This document shows, piece by piece, positions 1 through 7,192 of a stretch of DNA of 37,783 nucleotides. Every line of letters begins with the position of its first letter. The first letter of the stretch is position 1. The position numbers and the translations under genes were made by a program. The DNA comes from Thermoplasmatota archaeon (GTDB lineage Archaea; Thermoplasmatota; E2; JACPAO01; JAHFTW01), in NCBI GenBank assembly GCA_041618195.1, contig JBFJNL010000003.1:1-37783 (forward strand), read 5' to 3'. The notes below the pieces were generated by a model. That model was not told the DNA's origin and searched no databases. It saw only the letters and a program-made list of their open reading frames with translations.

Positions 1-1252
1 CGCCAGTCGTACTGGTGGCCTTGAAGACCATCGAACCAGCAGGAGCGTAGAAGCTCTTGGCGTGGGTACCCCAGCTGGTGGCCGGCAGGGTCGTGAAGGC
101 GCCACCGTTGTGACTGGCCTCGACCTTGGAGATGCTGCTGCTGGTGTGGACCTTCACTTCGACCCAGTATTCGTTGGCACCGCTTGGGACCGTGAAGGTC
201 GCGCTGAAGGTGCCCGGTTCGGGGGCAGGGCCCGGGGCCGGGGCGGCGTTGCCGCGCTCGGCCTTGACACCGGCGACCCAGACATGACCGGCGGCCTTGA
301 GGTCGCTGGTGCCGGACCAGGAGAGACCCCAGTGGCGTTCGGCTTCGCCGTAGTAGTTGGCGAGGTTCATGCCGGGGCTGTCGTTCCAGCTGCGGTAGAC
401 GATGGCCATGACACCAGCCTGCTTGAGGGCAGGGATGTTATCGAAGAACTGCTGGAGTTCGGCGCTCTGCTTGCTGAGGTAGGCAGGTTCCGGGTAGCTG
501 CTCAGGGCCAGGTCTTGGATGAAGATGGGCTTGCCGAAGAGGGTCTGGAGGTAGTGAGCGTTGTTGAGGGTGGTCTCATACAGGTCGTCGTAGTGGGTCG
601 ACGAGTCACGGGTGCTACCGCGCATGCCTTGGATACCCACGTAGTCGCTGGCGGCGGCGGTGCGGTCGAAGTTACCCCAGTGGTTGCTGCCCCAGCTACC
701 AAGGCTCAGAACGACCTTGGCGTTCGGGTAGCCGGCGTGGATCTTGTCGGCCATAGCGGCCATGTAGCCATCGAAGGGTTCGTAGGTCTCGATACCGCCC
801 TTGTTGAATTCAGATTCCATGAAGATGACGACTTCTTCGCCCTGCATCTTGCTGTTCAGGTGGGCGACCATTTCGTCGGCGAGACGGTTCCAGCCGGCAC
901 GGTCCTTCTGGGCGTTATGGAGGCTGCTCCAGCAGCCGTTCTCGACGCAGGACGGACTGATGTCGTCGCCCCAGTAGTAGAAGTGGATCGCCGGGGTGAC
1001 ACCCTGGTTCTTCATGTTCGTGAGTTGCGCGTCAGGACCGGCCCAGCCGCTGCTGAGGGTCCAGGGGCCGAGCCAGAAGGTGCCGTAGTCAGGGGCGACA
1101 CCATTGCTGGTCTGGACATTGATGGCACTGGATTCCATGCCGAACCCAATCGGGGTGGCAGTGGATTCAGCACCGACTTCGGGCGCGATAAGGACGGCAA
1201 AGCCGGCGGTCAGGATTGTTAGCGTGGTCAGAATTGTTTTCAGGCGGGTCAT
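1..1252 (-). CDS. Secreted glycoside-hydrolase-like (TIM-barrel) protein with expansin/CBM63-like repeat; paralog 1, 3' end runs off the window
   Basis: Not in the ORF track because it has no stop in the window. Hand translation from ATG 1252 (GGTGA RBS 5 nt upstream) gives MTRLKTILTTLTILTAGFAVLIAPEVGA..., colinear with 1751-4099 at an offset of about 2847 nt, and retains ESEFN and KPIFIQD. Confidence 0.85.
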   Translation of the reverse strand, partial: MTRLKTILTTLTILTAGFAVLIAPEVGAESTATPIGFGMESSAINVQTSNGVAPDYGTFWLGPWTLSSGWAGPDAQLTNMKNQGVTPAIHFYYWGDDISPSCVENGCWSSLHNAQKDRAGWNRLADEMVAHLNSKMQGEEVVIFMESEFNKGGIETYEPFDGYMAAMADKIHAGYPNAKVVLSLGSWGSNHWGNFDRTAAASDYVGIQGMRGSTRDSSTHYDDLYETTLNNAHYLQTLFGKPIFIQDLALSSYPEPAYLSKQSAELQQFFDNIPALKQAGVMAIVYRSWNDSPGMNLANYYGEAERHWGLSWSGTSDLKAAGHVWVAGVKAERGNAAPAPGPAPEPGTFSATFTVPSGANEYWVEVKVHTSSSISKVEASHNGGAFTTLPATSWGTHAKSFYAPAGSMVFKATSTTG

Positions 1253-1429
1253 TGGATTCACCAATTATCGCGCCGGGGGTGGGGGGCCGAAGCGCCTCCA
1301 TGGGTCCCAGTGCGTAATGGTCCATGGTCCACCAGACTACTTAGGCCGGGTCGAAATCCTAATTATGGATAACAGGTTTTCCGGGTTTCCTATTTGACTG
1401 TGACTGAAACTGTTTTAGGGACAAAGGGC
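1253..1429 (-). promoter_or_regulatory. Duplicated promoter/5' leader of GH-like paralog 1
   Basis: Aligns with 4100-4276. The AT-rich block 1352-1429 is identical to its copy except for 1 nt. Contains a TTAGG-N12-CCTAA inverted repeat (1341-1362), tandem GGAAACC/GGAAAACC and CAGT direct repeats, and a hairpin at 1264-1318. Confidence 0.7.
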
Positions 1430-1699
1430 GCGAGGCCGTGGTTTTGAGGCCTCTGTACGCGAGGGCCCCATCACGCGGTACCCGCACGAGGGACCTACGC
1501 CGCTGCCAAGGCCCGGCGCCGGCCCAAAGATGGCCGCGACGGCGGCAGCGACCCGACCAGGCTTCGATCCCCACGCGCACCGACCCGCCAAGGAGGTGCG
1601 CGTGGAGAAAGGCTGGTGGCGCCGGGCTCGCCTCCAAGGAGGCCGCCAGACCCGGCACGCGAACCAAATCCGTGGCGAGCCGATGAAGGCCCATCCGCG

Positions 1700-1745
1700 G
1701 CGGAAAGAGGTGGGAGAAAGGGTGGGGGCGCACGACCCCCGACTG
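1700..1745 (-). terminator. Putative terminator (hairpin plus pyrimidine tract)
   Basis: On the minus strand after the stop codon: GGGGG-TCGTGCG-CCCCC followed by CCCTTTCTCCCACCTCTTTCC. Confidence 0.5.
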
Positions 1746-1750
1746 CCTGC

Positions 1751-4099
1751 TTAGGTCCAGTTGATGACGCGGCTCGTGTCCGAGTCGCCATCCACCGAGA
1801 CGGCGCGGAACTGGACGGTAGCACCGCTGCCCATCTTCGGGTTGGCCGAGAAGGAATCCCAGCTCGTCTCCGAGAGGCGGAACCAGTTGCCGCCGTTGAT
1901 GCGAGCGTCGACGTGATCGATGGGCTCGTTGGCGCGGACCGTGGTCTCGATCCAGTAGGCGTTGCCGATGGCCTTGGCACCGAAGTGGGCGTCGAAGGCG
2001 ACCGGAGCCTTACCCCAGGCGACGGGCTGCGACATGGCAGCCTGACCGTGGGCATCGGTAGCACGGAAGGTCACCATGGCACCGGGGGCGACATGGAAAC
2101 TCTTCGCGTAGGTACCCCAGCTCGTGGCAGGCAGGACGGTGAACGCCCCACCGTCGACGCTGGCCTCGACCTTGCGGATCGGGTTGTTGGCGGCGACGCT
2201 GGTCTCGACCCAGTACTCGTTACCGACGCTGCGGGCGTTGAAGCTGGCGGCGAAGGCGGGCGTGGGCTGGGTGACCGTCACGGTCTTGCTGCTGGTGCTG
2301 GTGACCTGACCATCGCTGACGGTCACTTTGACCGTGTAGGTGCCGGCTTTGGTGTAGGTGTGGCTGGCCTTGACCATGCTCACCTTGCTGCCGTCACCGA
2401 ACTCGATGGTGTAGCTCAGGGCATCACCGTCGACGTCCGAGGAACCGGACGCATCCGCGCTGACGCGCATGTCCGAGGTCGTGGTAGCCAGGCTAGCGAC
2501 CGGAGCGTGGTTGACCGGCGCCTTACCCCAGGCGACGGGCTGCGACATGGCAGCCTGACCGTGGGCATCGGTAGCACGGAAGGTCACCATGGCACCGGGG
2601 GCGACATGGAAACTCTTCGCGTAGGTACCCCAGCTGGTAGCAGGCAGCGTGGTGTAGACACCGTCGACACGGGCTTCGACCTTGCTGATCTTGCTGGTGC
2701 TGCTGACCGCGGTCTCGACCCAGTATTCGTTGCCGACACTGCGAGGGTTGAAGCTGGCAGTGAAAGCAGGCGTGGGTTCCGGTTCGGGGGCAGGCGCGGG
2801 AGCGCCGCCGAGCCAGCTCATCGAGTCACTGGTCACCGTCGCGCCAGTCGTACTGGTGGCCTTGAAGACCATCGAACCAGCAGGAGCGTAGAAGCTCTTG
2901 GCGTGGCTACCCCAGCTGGTGGCCGGCAGGGTCGTGAAGGCGCCACCGTTGTGACTGGCCTCGACCTTGGAGATACCGCTGTGGCTCTGCACCCGGACCT
3001 CGACCCAGTATTGGTTGACGTTGCCGGGAACGGTGAACGTGGCATCGAAGGCGCCAGGGGCCGGGGTCGGACCAGGAGCCGGGGCGGGAGCCGCGTTGGC
3101 GCGCTCGGCCTTGACACCATTGATCCAGACGTAGCCCGCCTGTTTCAGGTCGGTCGTGCCGCCCCAGGAGAGACCCCAGTGGCGTTCGGCTTCGCCGTAG
3201 TAGTTGGCGAGGTTCATGCCGGGGCTGTCGTTCCAGCTGCGGTAGACGATGGCCATGACACCAGCCTGCTTGAGGGCAGGCAGGTTGTCGAAGAACTGTT
3301 GCAACTCGTTGGCTTGGCGGCTCAGGTACTGGGGTTCAGGGTAGCTGCTCAGGGCGAGATCCTGGATGAAGACGGGCTTGCCAAACAGGTTCTGGACGAA
3401 CTTGGCGTTGTCAAGCGTGGTCTCGTAGAGATCATCGTAGTGCGCGCTGCTGTCGCGGGTGCTACCGCGCATGCCTTGGATACCGACCAGGTCACTGGTG
3501 GCGGCACTGCGGTCGAAGTTGCCCCAGTGATGGCGGCCCCAGGAGCCGAGGCTCAGGACGATCTCGGCGTTCGGGTAACCGGCCTTGATCTTCTGGTTCA
3601 TGTCAGCAAGGTAGCCGTCGAAGGGTTCGTAGGTCTCGATACCGCCCTTGTTGAATTCAGATTCCATGAAGATGACGACTTCTTCGCCCTGCATCTTGCT
3701 GTTCAGGTGACTGACCATTTCGTCGGCGAGACGGTTCCAGCCGGCACGATCCTTTTGCGTGTTGTGCAGACTGCTCCAGCAGCCGTTCTCAACACAGGAC
3801 GGACTGATGTCATCGCCCCAGTAGTAGAAATGAATGGCCGGAGTGACACCCTGGTTCTTCATGTTCGTGAGTTGCGCATCCGGGCCGCCCCAGCCGCTGT
3901 TGAGCGTCCACGGGCCAAGCCAGAAGGTACCGTAGTCAGGCGCGACACCATTGCTGGTCTGGACATTGATGGCACTGGATTCCATACCAAACCCAATCGG
4001 GGTGGCAGTGGATTCAGCACCGACTTCGGGCGCGATAAGGACGGCAAAGCCGGCGGTCAGGATTGTTAGCGTGGTCAGAATTGTTTTCAGGCGGGTCAT
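1751..4099 (-). CDS. Secreted glycoside-hydrolase-like protein with 4 expansin/CBM63-like repeats and one PKD domain (paralog 2)
   Basis: Signal peptide; alpha/beta domain with FMESEFN and KPVFIQD; Pro/Ala linkers; four repeats of pattern N.YWVE..V.....I.KVEA...GG....LP.TSWG..AKSF; PKD domain (NHAPVA...DASGSSDVDGDALSY...FGDG...HTY...GTYTVKVTVSDG). ATG 4099 is preferred over TTG 4111 because of the GGTGA RBS. Confidence 0.85.
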   Translation of the reverse strand: MTRLKTILTTLTILTAGFAVLIAPEVGAESTATPIGFGMESSAINVQTSNGVAPDYGTFWLGPWTLNSGWGGPDAQLTNMKNQGVTPAIHFYYWGDDISPSCVENGCWSSLHNTQKDRAGWNRLADEMVSHLNSKMQGEEVVIFMESEFNKGGIETYEPFDGYLADMNQKIKAGYPNAEIVLSLGSWGRHHWGNFDRSAATSDLVGIQGMRGSTRDSSAHYDDLYETTLDNAKFVQNLFGKPVFIQDLALSSYPEPQYLSRQANELQQFFDNLPALKQAGVMAIVYRSWNDSPGMNLANYYGEAERHWGLSWGGTTDLKQAGYVWINGVKAERANAAPAPAPGPTPAPGAFDATFTVPGNVNQYWVEVRVQSHSGISKVEASHNGGAFTTLPATSWGSHAKSFYAPAGSMVFKATSTTGATVTSDSMSWLGGAPAPAPEPEPTPAFTASFNPRSVGNEYWVETAVSSTSKISKVEARVDGVYTTLPATSWGTYAKSFHVAPGAMVTFRATDAHGQAAMSQPVAWGKAPVNHAPVASLATTTSDMRVSADASGSSDVDGDALSYTIEFGDGSKVSMVKASHTYTKAGTYTVKVTVSDGQVTSTSSKTVTVTQPTPAFAASFNARSVGNEYWVETSVAANNPIRKVEASVDGGAFTVLPATSWGTYAKSFHVAPGAMVTFRATDAHGQAAMSQPVAWGKAPVAFDAHFGAKAIGNAYWIETTVRANEPIDHVDARINGGNWFRLSETSWDSFSANPKMGSGATVQFRAVSVDGDSDTSRVINWT
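2007..2635. repeat. Exact 116-bp intragenic direct repeat (2007-2122 and 2520-2635)
   Basis: Direct comparison shows the copies are identical. They encode the C-terminal halves of repeat modules 3 and 2, which flank the PKD domain. Confidence 0.9.
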
Positions 4100-4276
4100 T
4101 GGATTCACCAATTAACGCGCCGGGGTTGGAGGGCCGAAGCGCCTCCATGGACCCCAGTGCGTAATCGACCACGGTCCGCCAGACTACTTAGGCCCGGCCG
4201 AAATCCTAATTATGGATAACAGGTTTTCCAGGTTTCCTATTTGACTGTGACTGAAACTGTTTTAGGGACAAAGGGC
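4100..4276 (-). promoter_or_regulatory. Duplicated promoter/5' leader of GH-like paralog 2
   Basis: Copy of 1253-1429. A long hairpin at 4111-4165 with a cUUCGg tetraloop lies immediately upstream of the GGTGA RBS. Confidence 0.7.
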
Positions 4277-4504
4277 CAACGGCCAAGAATTGACGGCCCG
4301 AGTGACCACCGGCGTGGCGGCGATTGACGCGCGGCACCCGGCCCGCGACCGCCGACCGGACCCCGCCGCCGGGACCGTACGCGCCGACCCCTGCGGCGCG
4401 GCCGTCTGTCCGGACGCTCAACGCGGCGCGACATCACGGCACCACCCCTCGCAGAGGCGCGGATGTCACCCAGGAAGGCCCCGGGCCGAACATCCAAGCG
4501 GCGG

Positions 4505-4565
4505 TGCACAAGAAGAGGTGGAAGGAAGAGGAATCAAGAGGTCGCGCGCCGCCACGACCCCCATC
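4505..4565 (-). terminator. Putative terminator
   Basis: On the minus strand, a GGGGTCGTG...CGCGACCTC hairpin followed by TGATTCCTCTTCCTTCCACCTCTTCTT, downstream of the stop at 4603. Confidence 0.55.
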
Positions 4566-4602
4566 CATCAGACAGGGCGCAGCGGCGCGACATCAACCTA
4601 CC

Positions 4603-7179
4603 CTAGATCCATGTCGTCGTCCCGCTCGTCACGACGAAGCCGCCCGTACTGGTGGCACGGAACTTGACCGCCGCGTTATCGGGGACGAAGAAGCTCTTGG
4701 CGTAGCTACCCCAACTCGTCTTGGGCAGCGCGGTCCACGCGCCGCCGTTGACCTGCGCCTCGACCTTGGACACGGGTTGGTTGCTCGTCACGTAGGTCTC
4801 GACCCACCAGTTGTTGGATGGGTCGGTGACCTTGAACGTCGCCTTGAAAGCGCTGCCATCACTGAGCCATGAGAACGCTTGGCTCTGTGCGGTCTGACCC
4901 TGCGCGTTGGTGGCCGTGAAGACGACCGAGGCGCCCGTGGCCACGTGGAAGCTCTTGGCCCATGCCCCCCACGACTGCTTGGCCAGGGCGATCTGCGGAC
5001 CACCGCCGACGGAGGCCGTGACCCCGGTCACTGTGTGACTGGTCGTGACCTTCGTCTCGACCCACCAGTTGTTGACGCCGGAGGGTACGGTGAAGGTCGG
5101 CTTGAAGTCGCCCGACGGGGGCGGCGGCGGAGGCGCACCGAGCCACTGGAACCCCTTGCTTTGGACTGTCTGTCCCGTGTTGTCGGTCGCCGTGAACTTC
5201 ACGGTCGCGCCGCTGGGGACGTGGAAGCTCTTGGCCCAATTGCCCCACGACTGCTTCGCAAGTGACACGGCAGTGCCGCCGTTGACCGAGGCGCTGACAG
5301 CGGTGACCGGATGGTTGCCGTCGACGCGTACCTCGACCCACCAATTGTTCACACTCGATGGGACGGTGAAGCCTGCTTCGAATGTCTCCGACGGTGGTGG
5401 AGGCGGGGGCGGCCCAGCACCGAGCCAGGAGAACGCCTGGCTTTGCGCTGTCTGACCTTGGTTGTTCGTCGCCGTGAAGACCACCGAGGCGCCCGTGGCC
5501 ACGTGGAAGCTCTTGGCCCAATTGCCCCAGGATTGCTTGGCCAGCGCGACCGGCGCGCCGCCATTGACCGAGGCGGTCACGCTACTGACCACCGACGGCG
5601 AGTTGACCGCGACCTCGACCCACCAGTTGTTGACGCTGGCAGGTACCGTGAACGTCGGATTGAACGTCCCCGGCGGCGGGGGCGTCGTGCCTTGGCCAAC
5701 GACAGGGTAGGGCAGATGTGGCCACATGGCGTTGTACGGCGCGTGGGTATCGAACACCAGGATCGCACCGCCACTGGCCGGACTGGCTGCCGCTGAGACA
5801 GGCACCACCCATTGCATCGTGCCGGTGTTCCACAGATCTTCGACGATCGGCCCACGCGACACTTTCCATGGATGGACCGAGATGAACGTCTCCTTGGCGC
5901 CGGTGATGGAGTTGAGATACCAGATGCCATCACCGCCAGGACCCGGACCGTTGGCAAGGACCTCCTGCACACCGTCGTTGTCAACATCGGCAAGTGCCAG
6001 GTCCTTGTTCTGCCAGTACGTGTCCAGCGTCGTTCGCCAGCGCATCACGCCGGTGGAGTCGTAGCGATAGAAGTGCGCCGGACCCGTGACCTGCCACGGC
6101 GGCGTGTTGGGGTCACCGGGGAACGGAGGCTTGTGGCCGACGGTGTTCCAATCGGCCCAGATGATGTCCGCCTTGCCATCCGAGTCGACATCGGCGATGA
6201 TCGGACGCGTGTAGGTGAGCGGGGCCCCGTTGGGGTCTTGGCGCATCCACAGCAGCTGGCCATCGCCCTTGACGACGAACAGGGCCGCGTGATCGTTGCT
6301 CCAATCATCGGCATCGTGACTGTCGCGGGCACCGAATACGATATCCAGCGGGCCGACACCGTCGACCTGACCGATGGTCGGCCCGACGGGCACGCTGGCG
6401 CTGTGCAGATTGAAGGATGGGTGGTTGGCCCAGAAGGTCCACTTCGTCGTGCCCCAATTGCCATTCATGGCGGTGATGACACCGCCATCGGAGGCCCAGA
6501 CCACGTCCAGTTGGCCATCAAAGTCGATATCGGCCACTGCCGGCTCGCCGTTGCCGCCACCGATGCACTGCTTCCACATCGTGGAACCGTCCATCCTCAA
6601 GGCGAACACACCGACCTCTTCGGTCTGCACCAGAATCTCGAAAGTGCCATCGTTGTTGAGGTCCGCAAGGACCGGCTTGGCGTCCATGCTGGCGTCAGGG
6701 TCACACGCGTTGGTACGGGTCTCCCACAGCTTGGTGAAGACGAAATTACCCCGGGAACTAGCCCCATCTTCGTAGCGAAGGACCGTGATGTAGGCCGCCG
6801 AATTGGCGACCACCAAGTGGGGCACGCCACCGAACTGTAGCACGGCGGCTTCCACACCGTTGAGCGGGCGGGCGCCCCAGCCGGGCGGATACTTGGTCAG
6901 GATCTCGGCGTCCAATTGACCAGACTGCGAATCGAACACGTAGACCCGCTTGTTGTCATTGTGGACGATGATCTCCATGATCCCGTCGCCGTTGAAATCA
7001 TAGACCAGCGGCGGGTTTCCATCAAACGCCTCAAGCGGCGCCTGGGGCGTGACCGACGCCATGCTGATCGTCAGCGCCAACGTGGTCTGGGGCGATTGCG
7101 CGGTCGCTTGCGGGAGCGCGGTGAATGTGGCGATGAGGATGAGCGTGATCCCGATCGCGATGGGGCGTGTTCTGTTCAT
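4603..7179 (-). CDS. Secreted FG-GAP/VCBS beta-propeller protein with 4 C-terminal expansin/CBM63-like repeats
   Basis: Signal peptide MNRTRPIAIGITLILIATFTALPQATA with GGAGG RBS before ATG 7179. Repeated D-x-D/N-x-D-G Ca-blade motifs (DFNGDG, DLNNDG, DIDFDG, DVDSDG, DVDNDG). Four NNWWVE...SWG..AKSF modules, the first three preceded by poly-Pro linkers. Confidence 0.85.
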   Translation of the reverse strand: MNRTRPIAIGITLILIATFTALPQATAQSPQTTLALTISMASVTPQAPLEAFDGNPPLVYDFNGDGIMEIIVHNDNKRVYVFDSQSGQLDAEILTKYPPGWGARPLNGVEAAVLQFGGVPHLVVANSAAYITVLRYEDGASSRGNFVFTKLWETRTNACDPDASMDAKPVLADLNNDGTFEILVQTEEVGVFALRMDGSTMWKQCIGGGNGEPAVADIDFDGQLDVVWASDGGVITAMNGNWGTTKWTFWANHPSFNLHSASVPVGPTIGQVDGVGPLDIVFGARDSHDADDWSNDHAALFVVKGDGQLLWMRQDPNGAPLTYTRPIIADVDSDGKADIIWADWNTVGHKPPFPGDPNTPPWQVTGPAHFYRYDSTGVMRWRTTLDTYWQNKDLALADVDNDGVQEVLANGPGPGGDGIWYLNSITGAKETFISVHPWKVSRGPIVEDLWNTGTMQWVVPVSAAASPASGGAILVFDTHAPYNAMWPHLPYPVVGQGTTPPPPGTFNPTFTVPASVNNWWVEVAVNSPSVVSSVTASVNGGAPVALAKQSWGNWAKSFHVATGASVVFTATNNQGQTAQSQAFSWLGAGPPPPPPPSETFEAGFTVPSSVNNWWVEVRVDGNHPVTAVSASVNGGTAVSLAKQSWGNWAKSFHVPSGATVKFTATDNTGQTVQSKGFQWLGAPPPPPPSGDFKPTFTVPSGVNNWWVETKVTTSHTVTGVTASVGGGPQIALAKQSWGAWAKSFHVATGASVVFTATNAQGQTAQSQAFSWLSDGSAFKATFKVTDPSNNWWVETYVTSNQPVSKVEAQVNGGAWTALPKTSWGSYAKSFFVPDNAAVKFRATSTGGFVVTSGTTTWI

Positions 7180-7192
7180 TGTGTGACCTCCT

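Noticed and set aside
62-4069. Long plus-strand ORFs 62-1222 and 1616-4069
   Set aside because: Antisense shadows of the GH-like genes, caused by high-GC codon bias; no recognisable motifs.
4603-5670. Recurring nucleotide repeats (for example CACGTGGAAGCTCTTGGCCCA) as a possible CRISPR array or DGR template/variable repeat
   Set aside because: Spacing of about 270-300 nt matches in-frame protein modules. There are no cas or reverse transcriptase genes and no adenine-specific mismatch pattern.
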